Part shown: positions 30,072 through 39,245 of the stretch, in pieces
How positions within the stretch are numbered: position 1 is the first letter of the stretch
How the letters are laid out: every line of letters starts with the position of its first letter
Source of the DNA: Promethearchaeota archaeon
Lineage (GTDB): Archaea > Asgardarchaeota > Lokiarchaeia > Sigyniarchaeales > SOKP01
Length of the DNA: 64,000 bases
Direction: 5' to 3'
NCBI GenBank assembly: GCA_016839705.1
Contig: JAEOTR010000032.1
Coordinates: 1-64,000, forward strand
The notes under the pieces: model-generated
Told to the model about the DNA's origin: nothing
The model's database searches: none
Seen by the model: the letters and a program-made list of their open reading frames with translations, nothing else
Program-made: the position numbers and the translations under genes

Positions 30072-30077
30072 AACAAA

Positions 30078-31622
30078 ATATCTGTTAAAAATCTTCCATT
30101 AACGAGAGAAAATATACCGTTTGAACGACTTTTTAACCCACGTGCGATAGTAATAATTGGTGTTTCAAAATTAAACCCATCTGGAGCAACTCAATATGTT
30201 CATGCATTGAAGGGTGCTCAATTTCCGAATCCAATTTATCTTGTAAACCCGAAATATATTGATGAGGATTTAATGGGATATAAGTTTTATGATTCTATAT
30301 CTTCAATACCAGATGAAACACCAGTTGATCTTGCTATAATAGCGGTACCTGCACAATTAACTCCTTCGATTATTGAGCAATTAGGTAAAAAAGGAGTTTC
30401 ATTTGCCCACATATTTAGTAGTGGATTCTCTGAATTAGATACTGAATTTGATAAAAAAGGTAAAAAACTAGAAGAAGAACTAATCAGAAATGCTTCAAGA
30501 TATGGAATACGTATCCTCGGTCCCAATTGTATGGGCATAGTTGCTCCAAAATCAAATCTTACTTTCTTAATGTCATTTAGGTCAATGCAAGAAGCAAATA
30601 AAGAATTCGATTCAAAAAATATTGAAGGTTTAGACGATCTTGGAAATTTAATAAATAACGGGCAAGTAGCTTTTATATCACAAAGTGGGGGGATTGCATT
30701 CACCCATGGAATGCTTTCACATTCATTAGGTTATAGTTTTTCAAAAATCGTCTCCCTTGGTAATCAAATTGATTTGGATTTACTTGATTTTCTTCGGTAT
30801 TTTAAAGATGATCCAGAGACAAAAATAATATCAATGTATATTGAAAATATTAAAAGAGAGGGGAATGAGTTTGTTCGATTATTAAAAGAGACAACTGCTA
30901 AGAAGCCTGTAATTATATGGAAAGGTGGTATTTTCCAAACGGGTCATCAAGCAGTTATGAGTCATACAGGGGGATTAGCGGGTAATTATAAAATGTGGGA
31001 ATCAATGGCATGTCAAACTGGAGTAATTCTAGTAGATAATTTTGTAGAATTAACAGATATGATACAAACATCTCTTACTTATCCATTTCCACAAACCTTA
31101 GGTACAGCAGTACTATCTATGAGCGGGGGTACAGCGGTGGAAAGTACTGATGAAGTTGAACGGAATGGTTTACTTATGCCTCTTTTAACGCAAGAAGTGA
31201 CACAAAAAATTAACCAATTTATCCCAGAAATTAACTCTAATTTAAAAAATCCGTTAGAATTCGGAGGAAAGAACAGTTTAGAACATACTGTTAAAATTAT
31301 CAAGATGTTGGGAGAAGAACCTCAATTTTCCTCCATAATAATGGCAAGTTCTCCAGAATATCTTGTTTTTCGAAGAGGAAATAGCTTGGATGATTATATT
31401 AAAGCAATTTCCAATGCTTTACCTCCTCACTCGGGCAAAATACTATTGTGTGTTGCCAGCAGTATGAATATGTTTGAGCAAGGGATAAAAATGAACCTCG
31501 AATTTAGTTCCAAATCTCTATCCAATGGATTTGTAGTATATCGTTCTACAGCAGCAGCAGCAAAATCTTGTTATCGCTGGTGGAAATACGGAAAGTATTT
31601 AGAAAAAAGAAAGATTGTTTAA
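30078..31622 (+). CDS. ADP-forming acyl-CoA synthetase alpha-type subunit (CoA-binding and ligase domains)
   Basis: LFNPRAIVIIGVS (upstream of the track start 30207), VDLAIIAVP, ILGPNCMG, FISQSGG, SLGNQ.D, phospho-His SHTG; start inferred at ATA 30078. Confidence 0.85.
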   Translation: MSVKNLPLTRENIPFERLFNPRAIVIIGVSKLNPSGATQYVHALKGAQFPNPIYLVNPKYIDEDLMGYKFYDSISSIPDETPVDLAIIAVPAQLTPSIIEQLGKKGVSFAHIFSSGFSELDTEFDKKGKKLEEELIRNASRYGIRILGPNCMGIVAPKSNLTFLMSFRSMQEANKEFDSKNIEGLDDLGNLINNGQVAFISQSGGIAFTHGMLSHSLGYSFSKIVSLGNQIDLDLLDFLRYFKDDPETKIISMYIENIKREGNEFVRLLKETTAKKPVIIWKGGIFQTGHQAVMSHTGGLAGNYKMWESMACQTGVILVDNFVELTDMIQTSLTYPFPQTLGTAVLSMSGGTAVESTDEVERNGLLMPLLTQEVTQKINQFIPEINSNLKNPLEFGGKNSLEHTVKIIKMLGEEPQFSSIIMASSPEYLVFRRGNSLDDYIKAISNALPPHSGKILLCVASSMNMFEQGIKMNLEFSSKSLSNGFVVYRSTAAAAKSCYRWWKYGKYLEKRKIV

Positions 31623-31684
31623 TAAAAAAGACCACCTTTATGTATTCAATCTTACTTTTCTTTTCAGTTTTAATAATACTAATT

Positions 31685-32074
31685 TTATTGGAGTCCTAAT
31701 TCTTGTTTTAAAAATCTCGATAAATCTTCGCATGTTTCTTTTAATTCAGTTTCATCCTGATAAAATAGATGAGGTCTAGGACAATCATTATCATAAATAC
31801 AATTATTTTCTTGAAAATTATAAATTAATGGGTAAAATCTACATCCTTGAGGGCGATATTCATATATTTTACATTCCTTTGAAAGAGAGTCTAAGAAAAT
31901 GCAGTGATCCTCATTATTTTTTAATTGAAAAAACCCATCTCTATTTTTAAATACGAAATCATTTTTTTGTAGATTTTTAGTGGAATTTTTCATAATTCTA
32001 TTAATATCACTCTCAGAAAGAATCATTTCAGTTCTTAAACAACATTCTCCGCAATTTTCACACTTATTTTTCAT
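31685..32074 (-). CDS. YkgJ-family cysteine-cluster protein
   Basis: CENCGECC, CIFL, CKIYEYRPQGCRFYP. Confidence 0.9.
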   Translation of the reverse strand: MKNKCENCGECCLRTEMILSESDINRIMKNSTKNLQKNDFVFKNRDGFFQLKNNEDHCIFLDSLSKECKIYEYRPQGCRFYPLIYNFQENNCIYDNDCPRPHLFYQDETELKETCEDLSRFLKQELGLQ

Positions 32075-32209
32075 ATATTTTTATTAAAAGTATTAATCAT
32101 AAATTTAAAGGGATAATAAATATCTTATAAAGTATATTAAGAATCAATTGCTTTTTAATTGAGTAAATGTTAATGAGTTGCATAGTATAACAATTTTCAA
32201 TGAAAACTT

Positions 32210-34084
32210 ATGGTAACAATGAGCGAACAAGTTGACGAAAGCGAACCATCGAATTTGGATACTCCTGAAAATCAAGTTTTAAAAGAAGAGGTTAAACTTC
32301 AATTTTATTTGTATATTCTTATCTTTAGTTTTATTTTTTATAGTTCATGGGTTATCCCTGGTGTCTTCTTTTTTTGGTACGTTCTTCAAGTTTTTCTTCC
32401 TAATTTCTTAGAAATTTCTAATTTTATATTACTTTTTACAGAGCCTAACTCTTTAATTGCATTCCTCTTGATGCCCATCGTTCTCATCGGATGTTACCTA
32501 CTTCATCTAATCATTTTGGGGATATCAACTAAAATTTGTTGGAAAATTTCTGAAAAGATTTCCCCATCTAAGCCCGGAGTAATACCCAGGAACATTCGAA
32601 GTAAAGCCGTCAATTATTATCATATTAGAAGCTTTATGATCAAATATGGCAAAAATTCATTTACAAAAGGTGTTTTTCCGTGGTTAAGTAATTGGTTCTT
32701 TAATACTGTAGGCTCAAACAAAATTGGTAAAGGCACAACTCTAGAAGAATCTGTAGGAATGGATAAATTTATTGAAATTAAAAAAAATTGTTATATTGGA
32801 GTTAATAGTACTCTAGCCAGTCATCTTATTCAAGGAATTTTTGGAAATATCTCCTATTTTAAAATTAAAGTAGGGGATAATGTTACAGCAGCCGCTATGA
32901 GTCAAATTGGACCAGGCTCTGAAATAAATAATGATTCGTTCCTACTCCCCCTAGCTTCTGCAACTAAACATAGTGTCTTAAAAGGAAAAAACTATTATTG
33001 GGGAATTCCCTTAAGAAAAATATTTAGAAAGAAAACTATAGAATATTTAGACCTTACTCCAACAGATTTGCAAAAAAATGAGAATATTTTGGGGTATACA
33101 GATAAAAAACTTCTAAAACAACTAAAGGCAAAAGAGATTCAAGAAACGTTGACTAACGAAGCTGTTAAAATAGAACAGGAAATTTCTAACTTGGATGAGA
33201 AAAGAATTGATGTTATTAAATTAGAAAAACAAGATTTAGCAATTGATTTCACTACTAGCTCTGCTATCAGTAGAGTTAATTTAAAATTTTTAGCAGTCTA
33301 TTTACCAATTTTCTGGTTAGCAGGCTTATTAATCTCAATATTATGGTATTGGTATTTGCTTGATCAAAAGTGGATACCTATTTTATCATTTCTACCTCTT
33401 ATTTTGTTTGGCTCAATATATCTTTTCATTTTAGCATGCATACTTTTCAGCAAATTACTCTTAATTCTTATAAATTTAATACATAAACCAAAAGAAGGTA
33501 TTTTTAAAGCAGAGATTGGGGATACCGACTTTGAATTTTGGACTTTAAGAACTGAATTGAAAAAAATCGCATTGTGGTTTATGCGAAATTCACCACTTCC
33601 ATGGACTGACGTAGTATCATTAAGATTATTTGGTGTGGACATGGATGCTTCAAGTCATCTAAATGATGCATGGTGTGATGCCGAGTTTATTAAGTTTGGG
33701 AGAAAAAACTTAATCGGACAAGGAGCTACGATTATGTCGTCCATGGTGGTAGGCCGATATTTGATTATAAAAAAAGTTGTATGTGATGATTATATCATGA
33801 TTGGTGGTCATACTACGATTGCACCGGGGACGATCATGGGTAAAGAATCCGTGATCGGTGCTATTTCTTCTACTACAGTAAATCAGGTGTTAGAACCAAA
33901 TTGGGTATATTTTGGAATTCCTGCTATTAAATTAAAAGAAAATAAGTATGCAGAAGAGAGGAGAGATGTAATTTTAAAGCGTGATGTGGATGAGGCAAAA
34001 AAATTTGAGATAGAACATGAAGTAAATATAGATGATGATAAAAAAGATTTAATTAAAAAAGAAAAAGAGGTAAAAGAAGTATGA
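32210..34084 (+). CDS. Fused A+B membrane left-handed beta-helix acyltransferase-like protein
   Basis: Close paralog of 26966..28795 (GVIPRN, SHLIQG, DFTTSSAISRVN, HKPKEG, EIGDTDFEFW). Confidence 0.82.
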   Translation: MVTMSEQVDESEPSNLDTPENQVLKEEVKLQFYLYILIFSFIFYSSWVIPGVFFFWYVLQVFLPNFLEISNFILLFTEPNSLIAFLLMPIVLIGCYLLHLIILGISTKICWKISEKISPSKPGVIPRNIRSKAVNYYHIRSFMIKYGKNSFTKGVFPWLSNWFFNTVGSNKIGKGTTLEESVGMDKFIEIKKNCYIGVNSTLASHLIQGIFGNISYFKIKVGDNVTAAAMSQIGPGSEINNDSFLLPLASATKHSVLKGKNYYWGIPLRKIFRKKTIEYLDLTPTDLQKNENILGYTDKKLLKQLKAKEIQETLTNEAVKIEQEISNLDEKRIDVIKLEKQDLAIDFTTSSAISRVNLKFLAVYLPIFWLAGLLISILWYWYLLDQKWIPILSFLPLILFGSIYLFILACILFSKLLLILINLIHKPKEGIFKAEIGDTDFEFWTLRTELKKIALWFMRNSPLPWTDVVSLRLFGVDMDASSHLNDAWCDAEFIKFGRKNLIGQGATIMSSMVVGRYLIIKKVVCDDYIMIGGHTTIAPGTIMGKESVIGAISSTTVNQVLEPNWVYFGIPAIKLKENKYAEERRDVILKRDVDEAKKFEIEHEVNIDDDKKDLIKKEKEVKEV

Positions 34085-34989
34085 GTGTTCCTAATACAAT
34101 GCGTGTTGGTCCTTTTACACCAACAATATTGGCAAAAAAAAGATATTTAATATTATACATTTTCCTTATTTGGGCGAGTATAATTCCACTATTATTAGAG
34201 TTTTGGATTTATTGGCGTTTTTTATGGTATTTACCAAGTCCAGTTCATTTTTATACTTATCTACCTCTGTTAATATTTTTGATGTATGTTACGATTGTAT
34301 TTTCAGCAATATTTTTTACCAAGATACTTTTGGTAATAATCAACGCTATTCATAAACCAAAAGAGGGGACATTTTTAAGGATCCCTGCAGATAAAGATTT
34401 TCGATATTGGAGTCTGCGGAATACAATTAAACGGTGGCCAGTTTGGCTTGCACATAGATTTCCTTTTCCAGGGATTTTAGATAATATATGTTTTAAAGCT
34501 TTCGGGGTTAAAACTAAAATCTCAAATTCTTTATTCGAAGGATGGGTTGACACAGAATTTATTGAATTTGGAAAAGATGTTGTGGTGGGACAAGGAGCAA
34601 TCGTTCAATCAGCAGTAATTATTGGGAATCTTCTGATTATTAGAAAGACAGTTATTGAAGATAATATAAGAATAGGTTCCCATGCTATAGTTATGCCAGG
34701 CACCCATATTGGGCATAACTGTATCTTAGCTGCCAATAGTGTAACTACGGTTGGGCAAGTGCTAGAGCATGATTGGATTTATGTTGGCATTCCTGCTAAA
34801 AAATTCAAAGTTAATTATTTCTTTGAAGATGGTCTTGAAGATAAATTAGGCGATGTGGAAGATGTAGAGGCATTAAGAAAGCGATATGAAGAAATATATA
34901 CAAAACGCTATGATGAGCTCACCCATAAAGAACGAAAAGAATTAAAGAAAGAGAAGAAAGAAGAAGAAAAAAAGAGATGGGAACCTTAG
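34081..34989 (+). CDS. Membrane left-handed beta-helix acyltransferase-like protein, module type C
   Basis: ATGA overlap; MSVPNTMRVGP, DFRYWSLR, SLFEGWVD; paralog of 18905..19759. Confidence 0.82.
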   Translation: MSVPNTMRVGPFTPTILAKKRYLILYIFLIWASIIPLLLEFWIYWRFLWYLPSPVHFYTYLPLLIFLMYVTIVFSAIFFTKILLVIINAIHKPKEGTFLRIPADKDFRYWSLRNTIKRWPVWLAHRFPFPGILDNICFKAFGVKTKISNSLFEGWVDTEFIEFGKDVVVGQGAIVQSAVIIGNLLIIRKTVIEDNIRIGSHAIVMPGTHIGHNCILAANSVTTVGQVLEHDWIYVGIPAKKFKVNYFFEDGLEDKLGDVEDVEALRKRYEEIYTKRYDELTHKERKELKKEKKEEEKKRWEP

Positions 34990-35027
34990 TTTTTAATGCT
35001 TATAACAAAAAACTTCTAACTTAAGAT

Positions 35028-35459
35028 CTAATATTCAAGGACTCCTGTTTGCATAATCATTTTCCATTCATTTTCTACCTTTGAAAACACTTTACAAACT
35101 CTACCTTTCCAATGGTTTTTATTCTCCTTAGAATCTATCCATAAGGTATCAATATCTACCACTGCAAAAGCTCCATCTCCTTCCTTCGAAATTACGATTT
35201 TCCGTATTTCTCGTTTATTAAGGACTAATCTATGCGTATTAAAAAGATCTAACCAACCCTTTCTCCAACGATCATAATTATATCTTCCCCATTCTAAAAC
35301 CCAGTCAATGGGATCGTGAGATTGTGGTGTTTTAGGCCATGGCCATACCATATCTTGATGAAAAACCGTCATCAGGAGATCCACGTTTTGAGTATCCCAA
35401 GCTTTAGTTTCCCGGTTGACGATTTCTACAATCTCTTTTCTAACCTTATTATCGGACAT
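35028..35459 (-). CDS. NTF2/SnoaL-like fold protein
   Basis: AWDTQNVD.L...FH.D start and F.KV..EWKM end. Confidence 0.75.
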   Translation of the reverse strand: MSDNKVRKEIVEIVNRETKAWDTQNVDLLMTVFHQDMVWPWPKTPQSHDPIDWVLEWGRYNYDRWRKGWLDLFNTHRLVLNKREIRKIVISKEGDGAFAVVDIDTLWIDSKENKNHWKGRVCKVFSKVENEWKMIMQTGVLEY

Positions 35460-35511
35460 AAATATAGTGAAGATCGACTTGTACTAAATGGAATTGAATA
35501 ACTGATTAAAT

Positions 35512-37341
35512 TCAAAAATTGTATTCATGATTTAATATTTTCTTATAGATGTCTTCTGTTAACGGCGTGTATTCTGACTTATTTGGAAGCATGACAAATA
35601 AAGCGTCATCAATTTTTTGAAGATTAATTCCTTCTTCTTTAAGTTCAATCTTTTTAAATTTAAAAGTATGTGTTGTTGAGAGACCTGACTTAAATCTAAG
35701 AAAAACAGGTATAGCATACGGAGCGAGATTGGCAAAAAAAAGCCCTTCCAGCTTCTTGAAGTCAAAATCATTAACACTAGATGTTGATACAATCGCTGCC
35801 ATTCCTGCGCGTCCATCGGTAGCCGGTAATCTAACTCCATAAACGCATGACATTGAAATTTGATCAAAAGTATTGAGGACCTCTTCTATTTCTGTAGTTG
35901 AAACATTATGTCCTTTCCATCGGAAAGTATCTCCGAGACGATCAACAAATTGAGCATGGTTACAACCTTGATCCCGCATTAGATCACCAGTATTAAACCA
36001 TACATCTCCTTCTTTAAAGACATTACGAAGTAATTTCGCTTCAGTTGCTTTTTCATCAGTATATCCCCTAAATTTAGTAGTTTCTGTGCTTTCGAATAGG
36101 AGTAAGCCAACCTCGCCAGTACGTACTTTTTTCGAAAAACCTCTTTTGTTCTTTATAAGTTCATCGTTCTCATGGTCATATCGTACAATAGCATAACCCC
36201 CCGTTGAATATCCGCAGGTGCAATCAAAGTTTAGTACATTAGCAAATGCACCGTTTCCTTCTGAAGAACCATAAAATTCACCAATATAGGGGATATCAAA
36301 TCTCTTTTTAAAATCCTGCCATATGTCTGGACGAAGACCATTCCCAATCACTGCTCTTACAGGATTATCCGAATCATCCGGTTTAGGAGGTTGATTCATT
36401 AAATAACGACATATCTCACCAACATAACTAAAGCAAGTAGCATTATATCTCCGAACATCATCCCAAAAATGACTAACGCTGAACTTACGAGCGATTGCTA
36501 AAGCGCTACCATTAACAAGAGCAGATGGCCAACCCGTCATTAGAGCTGTGCCATGAAAAAAGGGAAGTGAAATATATATTGTATCATCCGAGGTAAATTG
36601 TGCAATCATAGTCCCAAAAACATATCCCCCGAGAGTCACTCTAGCATGAGTTAAGAGTGCTGCTTTAGGTAATCCCGTTGTACCAGAAGTATAAATATAG
36701 GCAATAACATCTTGAGGTGTGATACTAGTCGTAGTTGTTGGATTTTCTACAGGAAGATTTAAAACAGCTTTTGGGAGGTCGGTAAATCCCTCAGGAAGGT
36801 CCATCTCACCACTATCATGTACAAAACAGAGTTGTTTAGCATCTGATAAGTTGATATCTGATTTGATCTCATTGAAAGTGTCAAAACATTCTTCACCAAC
36901 AACAATAATTTTGCCCGGAGTAAGGTTTAAACTATATACTAAGGTTTTTTTCCGCAGATCAGTATTGATTAATGAAGATATTGACCCAATTTTAGCATTT
37001 GCACTATATAATAATAATAGTTCTATTCGGTTTTTTACTAAAACCTTTACAACATCACCCTTTTTCAAACCTAAAGAAATGAAGTAATTTGCATACTGGT
37101 TTACTTTATCATTAAATTCTTGATATGTAAGAACATTATCTTCAAATTTAATAGCGGGATTATTAGGGAATTCTACGGCATTTTTTTCTAGAATTGATCC
37201 CCATGAAGTTTTATTTTCTGCAGATATTTTACCAATCTCTAGGATGAGTGGAGCATGTTTTTTAGTCCACTCTAGAAATCTTTTATTAAATTCTTCACTG
37301 TCAATAAGGTCTGAATTATTCTGTTTTGATATATCTAACAT
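35512..37341 (-). CDS. Long-chain acyl-CoA synthetase, FATP/VLACS type
   Basis: YIYTSGTTGLPKA, YVGEICRYL, GNGLRPDIW, EFYGSSEG, FVDRLGDTFRWKGHNVSTTE, GRAGMA. Confidence 0.93.
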   Translation of the reverse strand: MLDISKQNNSDLIDSEEFNKRFLEWTKKHAPLILEIGKISAENKTSWGSILEKNAVEFPNNPAIKFEDNVLTYQEFNDKVNQYANYFISLGLKKGDVVKVLVKNRIELLLLYSANAKIGSISSLINTDLRKKTLVYSLNLTPGKIIVVGEECFDTFNEIKSDINLSDAKQLCFVHDSGEMDLPEGFTDLPKAVLNLPVENPTTTTSITPQDVIAYIYTSGTTGLPKAALLTHARVTLGGYVFGTMIAQFTSDDTIYISLPFFHGTALMTGWPSALVNGSALAIARKFSVSHFWDDVRRYNATCFSYVGEICRYLMNQPPKPDDSDNPVRAVIGNGLRPDIWQDFKKRFDIPYIGEFYGSSEGNGAFANVLNFDCTCGYSTGGYAIVRYDHENDELIKNKRGFSKKVRTGEVGLLLFESTETTKFRGYTDEKATEAKLLRNVFKEGDVWFNTGDLMRDQGCNHAQFVDRLGDTFRWKGHNVSTTEIEEVLNTFDQISMSCVYGVRLPATDGRAGMAAIVSTSSVNDFDFKKLEGLFFANLAPYAIPVFLRFKSGLSTTHTFKFKKIELKEEGINLQKIDDALFVMLPNKSEYTPLTEDIYKKILNHEYNF

Positions 37342-37626
37342 TTGAGTCCATTTTTCTTTTTTAGTTGAAAATAAATCTAAATTTAGAAAAAAAAATCTAT
37401 AGACTTATTAGATCTTTTCAGATTATAAATCTATCAATATATCAAAAATTTCTAGAAAAAATTACTCAAAAAATTAAAAAAAAGAGATATATAGAAATGG
37501 AGGAATTTTTCAAGAAGCCGACAAATTTTTTTAAAAAAAAGAAAGAGAAAAAGAGGAAAAGGTGTTTACTGATCCTCTATTTTCTATTTTTATAGTGTAA
37601 ATATATAGAAATGAAAATTTAGTTTG

Positions 37627-38943
37627 TTAAAATTTGAGGAAAGATTGAAGAAATTCCCTCTTCTGTTCCATTGCTTCTTGGATTTCTGGACCTGGGGGAT
37701 TACCTAGCATATTATTCATTCCAACTATGAGATTATTGGTACCCTTGAAATCCAGCACGTTCATCTTTGTAGACCCTCCAACAATTACACATTCGCTTGA
37801 CCTCAACAAGGCAATATGAACCCAGGAGGCATCAACATTTTGGACATTGTTGCCAAGAATCAAATTGTTATAGGCAAAAAAACATCCAATACCATAATCT
37901 CCTGTACCACGAATTATGTTGTTAGAGATAAAAGCATCCTGCAACCCCTCTGTCCAAATTCCGCCATATATTGTATCTTCTAAAATAATTTTATTATGAG
38001 AGACAACTGCTTCGAGTGATTTGATTGGTGTATGATCCCATAAACCTATACCATCGGCAGAATTTGACACCTTTAAATTATTATGAGTGATAAGCCACTG
38101 GGAAGGGGATAAAGATGGAGTTAAATCTCCTATTTGCCATACCCAAATACCATTTAAAAATTCTGTCTGGATATCATTACGAGAAATCTCAAATTTTGAA
38201 TAGCTATTATCCATGTTAACTATTCCAAAAGTACCTCCTTTAAATGAATTTGACTTAATTTTCATTTCAGCATTCATTAACACGTAAGCAGAAATACCTC
38301 CCCAAAGTGAGTCAAAGTTGCATTTAGTAATAATATGTCTCCCAGTTCCATAATTACATTCAATTCCTAATCTAATATTAAAACTTTTAATATAAGGAAA
38401 AGGGGGAAATGTGCCTTCATGACCAGTACATTTAATACTTTCAATTCGGGAATTTATATCTCCTGTTATTAAGATAAGTGATACCAAATCGTAGGCTGGG
38501 TCAGGGTCGTACCATAGTTCAGCAGGTTTTTCAGGTGTAATATCAAAACTTAAATCAGAAATACATACTTCTCCTCCTGCAAACGTAAACAAACTAGGTC
38601 CATAAGGACCAAGTACTCCTGGTGCTTCAGGATCTAATCCTCTAGGAACATCAATTTTGGTAAGATCCATGCCTGCCCCCATAAATGTACCATAGAAATT
38701 TTCAGCTAAAATTGCATTAGTATAAAATTGACCTAGAGTTAATTGAACAATGCTTCCTGGACCTGCTGCAATGGCATCATCGAATGCTGCTTGGATGTTT
38801 GCAGTATCATCTACACCTGTTGGAGATACAGTAAAAGTAGGTGAATCAGCGCGGACTAGTCCGATTATCATAGTAAAAGTTCCAAATATCATTGCTAATG
38901 TAAAAATTCCGATTATTAGACTTGATTTTGTTTTCATTTTCAT
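37627..38943 (-). CDS. Secreted right-handed beta-helix (pectin-lyase-like) protein
   Basis: Signal-peptide-like N-terminus, GVDDTANIQAAFD, repeated I..N.I / .GI. units. Confidence 0.75.
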   Translation of the reverse strand: MKMKTKSSLIIGIFTLAMIFGTFTMIIGLVRADSPTFTVSPTGVDDTANIQAAFDDAIAAGPGSIVQLTLGQFYTNAILAENFYGTFMGAGMDLTKIDVPRGLDPEAPGVLGPYGPSLFTFAGGEVCISDLSFDITPEKPAELWYDPDPAYDLVSLILITGDINSRIESIKCTGHEGTFPPFPYIKSFNIRLGIECNYGTGRHIITKCNFDSLWGGISAYVLMNAEMKIKSNSFKGGTFGIVNMDNSYSKFEISRNDIQTEFLNGIWVWQIGDLTPSLSPSQWLITHNNLKVSNSADGIGLWDHTPIKSLEAVVSHNKIILEDTIYGGIWTEGLQDAFISNNIIRGTGDYGIGCFFAYNNLILGNNVQNVDASWVHIALLRSSECVIVGGSTKMNVLDFKGTNNLIVGMNNMLGNPPGPEIQEAMEQKREFLQSFLKF

Positions 38944-39245
38944 TTTTTTTCACTCCATTTTTCTAATTTCTATTTTATTTCACTTTTTTTTCTAAAAAAA
39001 TGATTAAATTTTATTTTTCGACCTCTTTTTGTTAGATTGTTGTTATTGATGTCACTCTCGCAATTTTATTTTTAGATTTGGCTTCGGAATATTGTGTAAA
39101 GGTCGAAGTTTAAAGAATTTTGAATTAATATATAATGCAGATTTAAAATGAACTTTTTTTAAAAAAAGAATATAAGTACATTTAGCATATTTTTAAATGA
39201 ATATCTTAAGATAGGTTAATAACACTATTAAAGTAATATTCTATA

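Noticed and set aside
17089-34989. Calling the LbH region a true NRPS cluster
   Set aside because: No carrier domain with a phosphopantetheine Ser motif, no NRPS-type A domain and no PPTase in the window; only the terminal-domain-like architecture is supported.
37375-37460. Cluster of short TCTA/TAGA palindromes upstream of the acyl-CoA synthetase
   Set aside because: Spacing is inconsistent and such palindromes are expected by chance at this AT content.
37365-37595. 76-aa Lys-rich ORF
   Set aside because: Arises from A-tracts that are the T-rich terminator/promoter region of the flanking minus-strand genes.
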